Shown in pieces: positions 8,533 to 18,201 of a stretch of 64,000 nt of DNA. The DNA is from an uncultured Gemmatimonadales bacterium. Lineage in GTDB: Bacteria; Gemmatimonadota; Gemmatimonadetes; Longimicrobiales; Longimicrobiaceae. The notes under the pieces are model-generated. The model saw only the letters and a program-made list of their open reading frames with translations. It was not told where the DNA came from and did not search any database. The translations under genes and the position numbers were made by a program. Location: assembly GCA_963716255.1 (NCBI GenBank), contig OY970303.1, forward strand, positions 4,864,001-4,928,000. Reading direction: 5' to 3'. Each line of letters starts with the position of its first letter. Within the stretch, counting starts at the first letter, position 1.

Positions 8533-8895
8533 TCAGCGGGCGTGCTTGTACATCATGTCCACCAGCTCGTCGTACATCGCCTCGGCGGCGTCGCCGTCGT
8601 CGCCGCGGATGGCGGAGGCCGCGCAGTGCTTCAGGTGGTTGCGCATCAGCTCGCGCCCCACGCCGCGCAGCGCCTCGTGCACCGAGGCGATCTGGGTCAT
8701 GATGTCGGCGCAGTAGCGGTCCTCCTCCACCATCCGCTGGAGGCCGCGGACCTGCCCCTCGATGCGCCGCAGGCGCTTGAGGTTGCGGTCCCTGATCCCG
8801 CCGTCCACGCCCACGGCCTTCCGCTCTCCGTCGCCGTGGGTCCCGCACCCGCAGGCGGGCTGGACCCCGGGCAGGGTGTCGTCGCTGGTCGCCAT
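8533..8895 (-). CDS. csoR: CsoR/RcnR family metal-sensing repressor
   Basis: RLRRIEGQVRGLQRMVEEDRYCADIMTQI...NHLKHC, the C-H-C copper ligand set; located in the cop operon. Confidence 0.92.
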   Translation of the reverse strand: MATSDDTLPGVQPACGCGTHGDGERKAVGVDGGIRDRNLKRLRRIEGQVRGLQRMVEEDRYCADIMTQIASVHEALRGVGRELMRNHLKHCAASAIRGDDGDAAEAMYDELVDMMYKHAR

Positions 8896-8932
8896 CGTCG
8901 GCTCCGTCGTCCCGTCGGGTTGAAAAAGGTGC

Positions 8933-11314
8933 CTACGCCCGGAAGCGGCGCAGGCGCAGGCTGTTGGCGACCACGCTCACCGAGCTGAAGGCCATGGCCG
9001 CGCTCGCCAGCACCGGCGAGAGCAGCAGCCCTGTGGCGGGGAAGAGCGCGCCCGCGGCCACCGGGATCCCCACCACGTTGTAGAAGAAGGCCCAGAACAG
9101 GTTCTGCTTCATCGTCCGCATGGTGCGCCGCGACAGCTCGATGGCCGACGCCACCCCGCGCAGGTCGCCGCGCATCAGCGTCACGTCGCTGGCCTCCATT
9201 GCCACGTCGGTCCCCGTGCCCACGGCGATCCCCACGTCCGCCCGGGCGAGCGCGGGAGCGTCGTTGATCCCGTCGCCCACCATCGCCACCCTCTTCCCCT
9301 GCTCCTGGAGGCGGCGGACCTCGGCGACCTTGCCCTCGGGGAGGACGCCGGCCACCACCCGGTCCACCCCGGCCAGCCGCGCCACCGCCTCGGCGGTGCG
9401 CCGGTCGTCGCCGGTGAGCATCACCACCTCCAGCCCCATGCGGTGGAGCCGGGCGATCGCCTCGCGCGAGGTGTCGCGCACCGGGTCGGCGATGGCCAGG
9501 AGCCCGGCCAGCTCCCCGTCCACGGCCACGTACACCGGCGTCTTCGCGTCCCCCGCCAGCCGCTCCGCCGCCGCGGCGAGCGGAGCGACGGCGACCGCGT
9601 GGTCGGCCATCAGCGCCTCGTTGCCGATGGCGAGCGCGTGCCCGTCCACCACGCCCACGGCGCCGCGGCCCGCCACCGCCTGGAACCCCTCGGCGGGGGC
9701 AAGCACCAGGGCGGCGTCGCGGGCGTGCCGCACCACCGCGTCGGCAAGGGGGTGCTCGGACGACGCCTCCAGCGAGGCGGCCAGCCGCAGCAGCTCCGCC
9801 TCGCGCCCCGCCCAGGCTGCGGGGACCACGTCGGTCACGGTGGGGCGGCCCTCGGTGATGGTGCCGGTCTTGTCCAGCACCACCGTGCGCACGCCGCCGG
9901 CGCGCTGCAGCGCCTCGCCGCCCTTGATCAGCACCCCCATCTCCGCCCCCCGCCCGGTGGCGACCATCACCGCCGTGGGGACGGCGAGCCCCATGGCGCA
10001 GGGGCAGGCGATGATGAGCACCGCCACCGCCGCGGCGAAGGCCCGCACCCCCGGCGCCGTTTCCGCGGCCACGAACCAGACCACGAAGGTCGCGACCGCG
10101 AGCTGGAGGACCACGGGCACGAAGACGGCGCTGATGCGGTCCGCGAGCCGCTGGATGGGCGCGCGCGAGCCCTGCGCGTCGCGCATCAGCCGGACGATGC
10201 GCGCCAGCATGCTGTCGGCGCCCAGCGTGGTCGCGCGCAGGCGGAAGGCGCCCGTGCGGTTGATGGTCGCGCCGATCACGCGGTCGCCCACGGCCTTGGG
10301 CACCGGCAGCGACTCGCCGGTCAGCATGGACTCGTCCACCGCGCTGGCGCCGGCGACCACCTCGCCGTCCACCGGCACGCGCTCCCCGGGGCGCACCACC
10401 ACCACGTCGCCCCGCCGCACCTCCTCCACCGGCACGTCCGCCTCCACGCCGCCGCGCACCACCCGCGCGACCGGCGGCTGGAGCTTCACCAGCGCCCGCA
10501 GCGCCGACGAGGTCTGCCGCTTCGCCCGCGCCTCCAGCGCGTTCCCCAGCAGGACCAGGGCGATGATGAAGACCACCGCCTCGTAGTACACGTCCGGCGC
10601 CACGCCGCGCGCCCGGAAGAAGCCCGGCGCCACGGTCGCCGCCACCGAGTACGCGAACGCCGCCCCCGTCCCCACCGCCACCAGCGTGTTCATGTCCGCC
10701 GAGCGGTGGCGGAAGGCCGTCCAGGCGCGGGCGTAGAAGTGGCGCCCGGCCCAGGCCATGACTGCGACGGTCAGCAGCAGCAGCCCCCAGGACAGAGCCG
10801 CCGCCGGCACCCGGTACAGCCAGGGGAGCGCGCCCTCCAGCACCGGGCTCAGCCACCCCGTGGTCCAGCGCATGAAGGGGTCGGCGGCCGGGCCGTGCGC
10901 GCCGTGCTCCCCCGCCGCCATCAGCGGCATGGAGACCGCCATGGCGGCCATGGCCGCCGCGAAGCTCGCGCCCGCCTTCACCCGCAGCTCGCGGAAGTCC
11001 TCCTCCTGCGCCCGGTCCTGCTCGTCCTGCTCCTCGAACGCGGTCCGGTCCGGCCGGGCCAGCTCCGCGCCGTACCCGGTGGCGCGGATGGCCTCCACCA
11101 GCGTGCCGGGCGTGGTCGCCGCGGGGTCGAAGCGGACCGTGGCGCTGCCGGTCATCAGGTTGACCGCCGCGTCCCGCACTCCCGGCTGCTTCGACAGCGC
11201 CCGCTGCACCCGCCCGGAGCAGGCGGCGCACGTCATCCCGGAGACCGGGATGGTGACCTTTTCGCCCGCGCCCGGAGCCGTGCCCGGCCCCGCCTCCGCC
11301 GTGCCGCTCGCCAT
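8933..11314 (-). CDS. copA: Copper-translocating P1B-type ATPase
   Basis: GMTCAAC HMA domain, [24 protein letters not shown] and MAFSS Cu(I) motifs. Confidence 0.97.
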   Translation of the reverse strand: MASGTAEAGPGTAPGAGEKVTIPVSGMTCAACSGRVQRALSKQPGVRDAAVNLMTGSATVRFDPAATTPGTLVEAIRATGYGAELARPDRTAFEEQDEQDRAQEEDFRELRVKAGASFAAAMAAMAVSMPLMAAGEHGAHGPAADPFMRWTTGWLSPVLEGALPWLYRVPAAALSWGLLLLTVAVMAWAGRHFYARAWTAFRHRSADMNTLVAVGTGAAFAYSVAATVAPGFFRARGVAPDVYYEAVVFIIALVLLGNALEARAKRQTSSALRALVKLQPPVARVVRGGVEADVPVEEVRRGDVVVVRPGERVPVDGEVVAGASAVDESMLTGESLPVPKAVGDRVIGATINRTGAFRLRATTLGADSMLARIVRLMRDAQGSRAPIQRLADRISAVFVPVVLQLAVATFVVWFVAAETAPGVRAFAAAVAVLIIACPCAMGLAVPTAVMVATGRGAEMGVLIKGGEALQRAGGVRTVVLDKTGTITEGRPTVTDVVPAAWAGREAELLRLAASLEASSEHPLADAVVRHARDAALVLAPAEGFQAVAGRGAVGVVDGHALAIGNEALMADHAVAVAPLAAAAERLAGDAKTPVYVAVDGELAGLLAIADPVRDTSREAIARLHRMGLEVVMLTGDDRRTAEAVARLAGVDRVVAGVLPEGKVAEVRRLQEQGKRVAMVGDGINDAPALARADVGIAVGTGTDVAMEASDVTLMRGDLRGVASAIELSRRTMRTMKQNLFWAFFYNVVGIPVAAGALFPATGLLLSPVLASAAMAFSSVSVVANSLRLRRFRA

Positions 11315-11327
11315 GTTCGTATCCTCC

Positions 11328-11708
11328 CTATTCGTCCACGATCAGCTTGCCGCGCAGCATCCCCATCCCGCAGGTGAAGTCGTAGCTCCCCGCCCGCTCC
11401 GGCGTCAGCTCCACCGCGGTCTTCCTGAAGGCCGGGAGGAACCTGCGGATCGCGAACTCCGGGATCACCACCTCCTCCGAGCACCCCGAGGTTTCCTGCC
11501 GGTCGAAGACCAGCCGCACCGGCACGCCGCGCTTCACCCGCACGCGGGCGGGCTCGTAGCCGCCCCGCACCCCGATGGTCACCTCCTGCACCCCGCCCGC
11601 GGCGGCCGCCGCCGTGGCCGGCGCTCCTCCCGCGAAAAAGAAGTACCCGTTGATCCAGGCGATGGCGGCCAGCCCGGCCAGCACCACCCCCCACTCCGTC
11701 GCGCTCAT
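11328..11708 (-). CDS. Membrane-anchored cupredoxin-domain protein (CupA-like)
   Basis: N-terminal TM helix; [30 protein letters not shown]. Confidence 0.9.
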   Translation of the reverse strand: MSATEWGVVLAGLAAIAWINGYFFFAGGAPATAAAAAGGVQEVTIGVRGGYEPARVRVKRGVPVRLVFDRQETSGCSEEVVIPEFAIRRFLPAFRKTAVELTPERAGSYDFTCGMGMLRGKLIVDE

Positions 11709-11714
11709 CGCCGC

Positions 11715-11927
11715 CTACCTCCCGGGCACCTCGATCCCGTACCCCTCCTCCTCGATGACCCACCGGATCCGCTCCGGCATGACCGTGCGCGGGTCGTACT
11801 CCACCGTGGCCGAGCCCACCTTCACCTCCCGCACCTCCACCCCGTCGAGCCGCTCCAGCGCCCCCTTCACCGCGTCGACGCAGTGCCCGCAGCTCATCCC
11901 GGTGATGCCGATGGTCGTGCTCTCCAT
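11715..11927 (-). CDS. copZ: Copper chaperone (HMA domain)
   Basis: GMSCGHC motif, 70 aa, first gene of the cop operon. Confidence 0.92.
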   Translation of the reverse strand: MESTTIGITGMSCGHCVDAVKGALERLDGVEVREVKVGSATVEYDPRTVMPERIRWVIEEEGYGIEVPGR

Positions 11928-11950
11928 GATCGCGTCTCCGTGTGTGTCAG

Positions 11951-12008
11951 CATACCCCTGGCCCCTATCTACAGGACGGAATCTATGTACCCCCCTCCCC
12001 TATGTCAA
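11951..12008 (-). promoter_or_regulatory. sigma70-type promoter of the cop operon with two G-tract CsoR-type operators
   Basis: Minus strand: TTGACA (12008-12003), 17-nt spacer, TAGATT (11985-11980). The spacer contains TAGGGGAGGGGGGTA, and a second ATAGGGGCCAGGGGTATG lies downstream; G-tract sites are typical of CsoR/RcnR operators. Confidence 0.75.
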
Positions 12009-12124
12009 CCGGAGGTCCCGGAGCCGAGCGGCCCGCCCGTCTTGCGGGGGAGGGCGGGTGCCCGCAGCTTCCCCCGGGCGGCACGCCGCGCGCCACGATC
12101 CACCCCCGTCCCTCCGCGTCCGCC

Positions 12125-12916
12125 ATGTTTTCCTCCCCCCGGCCGGTCATCGCCATGGTCCACGCGGGCGCGCTCCCCGGCACGCCCGCGAGCCGCGCCA
12201 CGCTCCGCGACCTGGAGGCGCGGGCCGTGGCGGAGTGCGCCGTGTACCGCGCGGCGGGCGTGCACGGGGTGGCGCTGGAAAACATGCACGACGTGCCGTA
12301 CCTGCGCGGCGGCGTGGGCCCGGAGATCACGGCGGCCATGACCGTGCTCGCGCGGGCGGTGAAGGAAGCGAGCGGGCTCCCGTGCGGCATCCAGATCCTG
12401 GCCGGCGCCAACCTGGAAGCGGTGGCGGTGGCGCACGCGGCGGGGCTGGACTTCGTGCGCGTGGAGGGGTTCGCCTTCGCGCACGTCGCGGACGAAGGGA
12501 TCATCGAGTCGTCGGCCGCGGCGCTGCTGCGCTTCCGCCGCCACATCGGGGCCGAGCGGGTGCAGGTGTGGGCCGACGTGAAGAAGAAGCACGCGTCGCA
12601 CGCGCTCACCGCCGACGTGGGAATCGGCGAGACCGCGGCGGCGGCGGAGTTCATGCGCGCGGACGCGGTGATCGTCACCGGCTCCGCCACCGGCGAGTGT
12701 CCCACCGGGGCCGACGTCGCGGAGGTGCGCGGGCGCTGCGGGCTGCCCCTGTACCTGGGCTCCGGCGTCACCGCCGAGAACCTGGAGCAGTACTACGCGG
12801 GGGCGGACGGGTTCATCGTCGGGTCGGCGCTCAAGGAGGGCGGCCGGTGGAGCGGGGCGGTGGACCCCGGGCGCGTGGAGCGGTTCATGGCGGCGCACGC
12901 CCGCTGCGGCGGGTGA
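12125..12916 (+). CDS. BtpA/SgcQ family protein
   Basis: IAMVHAGALPGTP, ENMHDVPY, ADVKKKH, ADAVIVTGSATG, GSGVT, ADGFIVGS motifs. Confidence 0.92.
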   Translation: MFSSPRPVIAMVHAGALPGTPASRATLRDLEARAVAECAVYRAAGVHGVALENMHDVPYLRGGVGPEITAAMTVLARAVKEASGLPCGIQILAGANLEAVAVAHAAGLDFVRVEGFAFAHVADEGIIESSAAALLRFRRHIGAERVQVWADVKKKHASHALTADVGIGETAAAAEFMRADAVIVTGSATGECPTGADVAEVRGRCGLPLYLGSGVTAENLEQYYAGADGFIVGSALKEGGRWSGAVDPGRVERFMAAHARCGG

Positions 12917-12952
12917 ATCCGATGTGGTCCTGGATGGATTGAACTGCTTGGA

Positions 12953-13042
12953 CTGCGGGGTCGGGCGTGCCCCCGGCTGGCGCCGGGGTCGGGCTTCGGC
13001 TCCGTAGGGCTGCCAACGACGCAGCCCAACGGAGTCGAGCCC
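12953..13042. repeat. Intergenic repeat / REP-like long hairpin between convergent genes
   Basis: 5' part matches 4784-4810. 12991-13042 folds as GGGCTTCGGCTCCGT-A-GGGCTGC / GCAGCCC-A-ACGGAGTCGAGCCC. Confidence 0.55.
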
Positions 13043-13085
13043 CGGCAAACTGCCGCCGGGTCTCGCCCCTTCGGGCCGGAATCCC

Positions 13086-14381
13086 TCACGCGGGTCTCGC
13101 GCTGGCGTCCGCGGCGTCTTCCGCGCTCCGCGCGGCGAGGCGCGCGGCCTTGACCAGCAGGTAGTCGCGCTCGGGGGCGCTGGCGGTGCGCTCCGCCGCC
13201 GCGCGGAAGTGGGCGACGGCGCGCCCGGGATCGCCGGCCTTCTCGTGCAGGTGCCCGCGCACCGCGTCCAGGCGGTAGTGCCCGGCCAGCCGCGCGTCCG
13301 CGTCGAGCCGCTCCAGCAGCGCCAGTCCCGCGGCCGGGCCGTGCACCATGGCGGCGGCGACGGCGCGGTTGAGCGTCACCATGGGGTTGTCGGAGACGCG
13401 CTCCAGCACGCCGTAGAGCGCCAGGACCTGCGGCCAGTCGGTGTCCTCGGCGCGCGGCGCCTCGTCGTGCACGGCGGCGATGGCGGCCTGGAGACCGTAC
13501 GGTCCCACCTTCCCCCGGGAGAGCGCGGCCGGGACGAGCGCGACCCCCTCGTCGATCAGCCGGCGGTCCCAGAGCGCGCGGTCCTGCTCGTCCAGCGGGA
13601 CCAGCTCGCCGTCGGGGCCGGTGCGGGCGGCGCGGCGCGCGTCCGTGAGCAGCATCAGCGCGAGGAGCCCCGCGACCTCCCCGTCGTCGGGGAGCAGGGC
13701 GTGGACGGCCCGCGCCAGCCGGATCGCCTCGTCCGACAGGTCGGGGCGGTTCAGCTCCGGGCCGGCGCTGCTCGTGTACCCCTCGCTGAACACCAGGTAG
13801 AGGACGTGCAGCACGGACGACAGCCTCGCCGCGCGCTCCGCGGCGCCGGGCATGGCGAAGCCCACGCCGGAGGCGCGGATGCTCTGCTTGGCGCGGCTGA
13901 TCCGCTGCGCCATGGTGGCCTCGGGGACCAGGAAGGCGGCGGCGATCTGCGCGGTGGTGAGGCCGCCCACGGCGCGCAGCGTCAGCGCGATCGCCGACGC
14001 CGGGGTCAGCGCGGGGTGGCAGCACATGAACAGCAGCACCAGCGTGTCGTCGCCGTCGGTCGCCACCTCGCCGTCCGGCGGCGGCACGAAGGCCCACTCG
14101 GCCCACACCTCGCTCGCCACCGCGTCCTCGCGGCGCCGCCTGGCCATCTCGCTGCGCAGGTGGTCGGTGATGCGGCGCAGCGCCACGTGGTACAGCCAGC
14201 CGCGCGGGTTCGCGGGGATCCCGCCCGCCGGCCACTGCACGGCCGCCGCGATCAGCGCTTCCTGCACGGCGTCCTCGGCGGCGGCGAAGTCGCCGTGCCG
14301 CCGCGCGACGGCGCCGAGCACCTGCGGCGCGAGGTCGCGCAGCAGGTGCTCCATGGAGGCGTTCGCTGGCTCCGCGGTCAC
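13086..14381 (-). CDS. ECF sigma factor with C-terminal TPR-like extension (ECF42-type)
   Basis: AEDAVQEA, LLFMCCHPAL, MAQRISRAK, EQDRALWD, TDWPQV motifs; GTG start overlaps the stop of the upstream YciI gene. Confidence 0.9.
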   Translation of the reverse strand: MTAEPANASMEHLLRDLAPQVLGAVARRHGDFAAAEDAVQEALIAAAVQWPAGGIPANPRGWLYHVALRRITDHLRSEMARRRREDAVASEVWAEWAFVPPPDGEVATDGDDTLVLLFMCCHPALTPASAIALTLRAVGGLTTAQIAAAFLVPEATMAQRISRAKQSIRASGVGFAMPGAAERAARLSSVLHVLYLVFSEGYTSSAGPELNRPDLSDEAIRLARAVHALLPDDGEVAGLLALMLLTDARRAARTGPDGELVPLDEQDRALWDRRLIDEGVALVPAALSRGKVGPYGLQAAIAAVHDEAPRAEDTDWPQVLALYGVLERVSDNPMVTLNRAVAAAMVHGPAAGLALLERLDADARLAGHYRLDAVRGHLHEKAGDPGRAVAHFRAAAERTASAPERDYLLVKAARLAARSAEDAADASARPA

Positions 14382-14773
14382 GCGTCTTCGGGCGGGCCGC
14401 TCATCACGCGGCGCACCTCGATCGCCATGTTCAGCGGGACGCCGCCGGGCCCGGGCGCCGCCGAGGCCTTCGCCGCGAGCTCGTACGCGCGCTCCGGCGA
14501 GTCCACGTCCACGATCCAGTAGCCGGCGAGGAACTCCTTGGCCTCGGCAAAGGGCCCGTCCGTCGCCGGCGCGCCGTCGCTGCCCGCGCGCACCAGCTTC
14601 GCCTCGCCCGGAGGGGCCAGCCCCTGCCCGTCCACCCACTCGCCGGCCCCGGTGAGCTCCTGGTTGAAGCGGTGCATGAAGGCCATGTGGGCCTTGAAGT
14701 CGTCCGGGGACCACTGGTCGATCTTGTAGTCTCCCGTCCCGCGCGGCGCGTGCATCATCATCATGTACTTCAT
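14378..14773 (-). CDS. YciI / DGPF-domain protein (copy 2)
   Basis: TDGPFAEAKEFLAGYWIVDVDS motif. Confidence 0.92.
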   Translation of the reverse strand: MKYMMMMHAPRGTGDYKIDQWSPDDFKAHMAFMHRFNQELTGAGEWVDGQGLAPPGEAKLVRAGSDGAPATDGPFAEAKEFLAGYWIVDVDSPERAYELAAKASAAPGPGGVPLNMAIEVRRVMSGPPEDA

Positions 14774-14847
14774 GGCTCGTTCTCCTTCGTGGGGTGGGTG
14801 TCGTCGCCGGCTCTGCGAAGCGGCCGTCGTCGGCGCTTGCATGGAGG

Positions 14848-14880
14848 AGTCGGAGCCGGCGGCGCGTTCTCTACATCGGC
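14848..14880 (-). promoter_or_regulatory. Putative ECF42-type promoter (copy 2)
   Basis: GATGTAGAGAACGCGCCGCCGGCTCCGACT, nearly identical to 15343-15375; TGTAGA...CGAC elements. Confidence 0.6.
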
Positions 14881-14893
14881 GGAGCGGGCGCGG

Positions 14894-15289
14894 TCACGCG
14901 TCCTCGGGCGGGCCGCTCATCACGCGGCGCACCTCGATCGCCATGTTCAGCGGGACGCCGCCGGGCCCGGGCGCCGCCGAGGCCCTCGCCGCGAGCTCGT
15001 ACGCGCGCTCCGGCGAGTCCACGTCCACGATCCAGAACCCGGCCAGGAACTCCTTGGCCTCGGGGAAGGGGCCGTCCGTCACCGGCGCGCCGTCGCTGCC
15101 CGCGCGCACCAGCTTCGCCTCGCCCGCCGGGGTCAGGCCCAGCACGTCCACCCACTCGCCGGCTCCGGTGAGCTCCTGGTTGAAGCGGTTCAGGAACGCC
15201 ATGTGGGCCTCGACGTCCTCCCGGGACCACTGCTTGAACGGGTAGTCCCCCGTCCCGAGCGGCGTGTGCATCATCATCATGTACTTCAT
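14894..15289 (-). CDS. YciI / DGPF-domain protein (copy 1)
   Basis: TDGPFPEAKEFLAGFWIVDVDS; near-identical tandem paralogue of 14378-14773. Confidence 0.92.
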   Translation of the reverse strand: MKYMMMMHTPLGTGDYPFKQWSREDVEAHMAFLNRFNQELTGAGEWVDVLGLTPAGEAKLVRAGSDGAPVTDGPFPEAKEFLAGFWIVDVDSPERAYELAARASAAPGPGGVPLNMAIEVRRVMSGPPEDA

Positions 15290-15342
15290 GGTTCGGTCTC
15301 CTTGCTGGGGATGGGGCGCCGTGGCCGGCGCCTGCATTTCGT

Positions 15343-15375
15343 AGTCGGAGCCGCCGGCGCGTTCTCTACATCGGC
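15343..15375 (-). promoter_or_regulatory. Putative ECF42-type promoter (copy 1)
   Basis: GATGTAGAGAACGCGCCGGCGGCTCCGACT is conserved upstream of both DGPF genes while the neighbouring leader sequence diverges. Confidence 0.6.
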
Positions 15376-15528
15376 TTTCACGCGGCTGCGAGCCGCCCCG
15401 CCGCGGCGCGTTCCCCGGACTTCCTCCTTCCGAGACGTGGAGTCCGGCGGTATCCTGTCCGGCGACCGCCGCACCCCGGCGGCGCGCGGAACCCGCCGCG
15501 CGCCGGGTGGGTCCCCGCTCTCCTGATC

Positions 15529-16755
15529 ATGGACACTCCTCCCGACCCGCCGCAACCTGCCGCGCGCTGGCGCATCCTCCTCCTGCTGGCCGTGGCGGAG
15601 CTCCTGGGAATGTCGCTCTGGTTCACCGCCAGCGCGTCCGCACCGCAGCTCCAGGCGCTCTGGGGGCTGTCGGCGCAGCAGGCGGGGTGGCTCACCACGG
15701 TCGTCCAGCTCGGCTTCGTCGCGGGAACGGCCGTCGCCGCGCTCCTCAACCTGGCCGACGTGGTTCCGGCCCGGCCGTACTTCGCGGCCTCCGCGCTGTG
15801 CGCCGCGCTCGCCAACGCGCTCCTGGTGGCCGCCCCGGGGTTCGCCGCGGCGCTGGTGCTCCGCTTCCTCACCGGCTGCTTCCTGGCCGGCGTGTATCCA
15901 CCCGCCATGAAGATGATCGCGACCTGGTTCCGGTCGGCGCGCGGCCTGGCCATCGGCACCATCGTGGGGGCGCTGACGCTGGGGAAGGCGTCGCCGTACC
16001 TGATCCGGGCGCTGGGCGGGACGCGGCTGGAAACGACCGTGCTGGCCGCGTCCGCGGGAGCGGTGGCGGCGGCGCTGCTGGTGGGGTGGGGGTACCGTGA
16101 GGGCCCCTTTCCGTTCGCGCGGCGGCCCTTCTCCTGGCGGCTGGTGGGAACCGTGGTCCGGCACCGGCCCACCCGGCTGGCGATCGGGGGCTACCTGGGG
16201 CACATGTGGGAGCTGTACGCCATGTGGGCATTTGTCTACGTCTTTTTTGTGGATTTTTTCCTGGCGCGGGGAACGTCCGACGTGCGCGCCGGGGTGCTCT
16301 CGGGAGCGGTAGCCTTCGCGGTGATCGGGACGGGCGCGCTGGGGTGCGTGGTGGCGGGCGCGTGGGCGGACCGGCTGGGGCGGGAGCGCGTCACCATCTG
16401 GGCGATGGCCGCGAGCGGGGCGTGCGCGATGCTCATGGGCTGGCTGCTGCACGCGCCGCTCGCGCTGGCGCTATCTGTAGCGCTGGTATGGGGTTTTGCC
16501 GTGGTGGCGGATTCGGCGCAGTTCAGCGCGGTGGTCACCGAGGTGGCCCCGGCGCACGCGGTGGGGACGGCGCTGACGTTCCAGACGGCGCTCGGGTTCC
16601 TGCTGACGTCGGTCACCCTCACGGCGGTGCCGTACCTGCGGGATGCCGGGGGGTGGCCCCTCGCGTTCGGCGTCCTGGCGCTGGGACCGGCGGCCGGGAT
16701 CGCGGCGATGCGGAGACTGAAAAATCTCCGAATCGCGGTCACATCAGACTCGTAG
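15529..16755 (+). CDS. MFS transporter
   Basis: About 12 hydrophobic segments; GVYPPAMK, GYLGHMWELYAMW, ADRLGRERV, ADSAQFSA motifs. Confidence 0.92.
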   Translation: MDTPPDPPQPAARWRILLLLAVAELLGMSLWFTASASAPQLQALWGLSAQQAGWLTTVVQLGFVAGTAVAALLNLADVVPARPYFAASALCAALANALLVAAPGFAAALVLRFLTGCFLAGVYPPAMKMIATWFRSARGLAIGTIVGALTLGKASPYLIRALGGTRLETTVLAASAGAVAAALLVGWGYREGPFPFARRPFSWRLVGTVVRHRPTRLAIGGYLGHMWELYAMWAFVYVFFVDFFLARGTSDVRAGVLSGAVAFAVIGTGALGCVVAGAWADRLGRERVTIWAMAASGACAMLMGWLLHAPLALALSVALVWGFAVVADSAQFSAVVTEVAPAHAVGTALTFQTALGFLLTSVTLTAVPYLRDAGGWPLAFGVLALGPAAGIAAMRRLKNLRIAVTSDS

Positions 16756-17083
16756 GACCCCCGCTGTCGACAAAATCCTCGACAAGTCGGGTGGAATGCG
16801 GTCGCTCTCGGAGGATGGGAGTCCCACAGCCACTGACAGTTGCTGGCCCACGCTAACGAGGGATGATGTCAGTGTGGCTACAACTCGTCTTCGGGATCTC
16901 GGCCAGGATGAGCGACGTCATCCTGGTCGCGAAGAACGCTGGTGAGGAAGGCTGCGCAAACGAAGTGAAACGTGGGTGATTTGTTACATGCTGTGCTCCG
17001 TCGATAGCAGGTTCGACGGAGCACCACCAGACGATTTGACTGACGACCACGAGTGCCGGGGGCGATGGCCCGAGTTCACTTCA

Positions 17084-18172
17084 TCAGGTCGGGCAGGCAG
17101 GACAGGTGTAGGCTCCACCCAGCATGGATGGAGCCTGAACGAAGCGCCGCTCGCCCGCGTTCCCGGACGGCGTCGACGAGCTGCCGGAGAGCAGCGTCGC
17201 GGCTACCTGGAGAAACTCCTTACTGCTCAGAACCCCCATCGCGCCGCGGGCACCTACGTATCCGCACGCGACTGCCGCGGCTGCCTGGCCGAACCGGAGC
17301 GCCGCGTCGAGATCCGCGGTTGTCGCACGCTCAACCCCAGCGAGCCCGCCGGACGCGAGCCGGAACAGGAACCCCACGGTGCACCAATCGCCCGCACCGG
17401 CGGTATCTACGACGTGCGGAGCGGGCACGGCCGGCAATCGGCGCCACGCCCAGGTTCTGCGACCACGCGCCCGGTACCGGAGTCCCGCCGAGCCGGAGGT
17501 CTCGATCTCCACCAGGAGCTTCCCCGGCCGAGTCCCTGTATCGGCCAGCTCCGGTAGCCGCTCACTCGAATACTTGAGCACGTGCGCGGCGGAAAGCGCT
17601 TCCTCGAATAGCCTCGGCTCTCCGATGCCCGCAGGCTCGAACACGACCAGAGTACCGCGGGCGGCGAGTGCCTGGGCGAGCAGAATCGAGCTCCGCGACG
17701 CGCGGTCGAAGAAGAATACTCGCGGAACGAGGTCCGCCGATGCGGCCATCGCCTCCAGTACCCCCTGGGCGGCAACCGCGGTCACAGGGCGGAAGGACGG
17801 GAGCCAGGCACCGCAGATCGGACAATTGGTCGAAAACTTGTGCGCGGCCCGTCCGTGCCGATCCCGGCGGATGGTCTGTACGAAAACCGGTGTCGGCGCG
17901 GGTGGCTGCTGCTCCGCGAAGCGCAGTGACACGCCCCAGCGAGTCAGGTCGTTCAGGACGATCTGCGAGGCCGGATCACCGTTCAGCCTGGTGATCGGAT
18001 AAGCATCCCATCCAAGGTAGCTGAGGGCAGAGAGCACGTTGCCGCACGTCCCGCCGGCGGCGAGCACCGGAGGGAGGGATGCGTCGTCGGAGAGGATCAC
18101 GTCGAGCGCGACGAGGCCTGTCCCGAGGATCGCAGGGGGAGGGGCGCTGGCGGCTGCTCGGGGTTTTGGCAT
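17084..18172 (-). CDS. PfkB/ribokinase-family carbohydrate kinase with Cys-rich inserts
   Basis: GGTCGNV signature 1, DTAGAGD anion hole; extra CPICG insert and C-terminal CPAC. Confidence 0.88.
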   Translation of the reverse strand: MPKPRAAASAPPPAILGTGLVALDVILSDDASLPPVLAAGGTCGNVLSALSYLGWDAYPITRLNGDPASQIVLNDLTRWGVSLRFAEQQPPAPTPVFVQTIRRDRHGRAAHKFSTNCPICGAWLPSFRPVTAVAAQGVLEAMAASADLVPRVFFFDRASRSSILLAQALAARGTLVVFEPAGIGEPRLFEEALSAAHVLKYSSERLPELADTGTRPGKLLVEIETSGSAGLRYRARGRRTWAWRRLPAVPAPHVVDTAGAGDWCTVGFLFRLASGGLAGVERATTADLDAALRFGQAAAAVACGYVGARGAMGVLSSKEFLQVAATLLSGSSSTPSGNAGERRFVQAPSMLGGAYTCPACPT

Positions 18173-18201
18173 TCTGAACTCGTGTGGGTCGGAGCCGGCG
18201 G

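Noticed and set aside
16756..17083. Short ORFs or att site at the left edge of the six-gene operon
   Set aside because: No convincing ORF, tRNA or direct repeat matching the other edge was found by eye.
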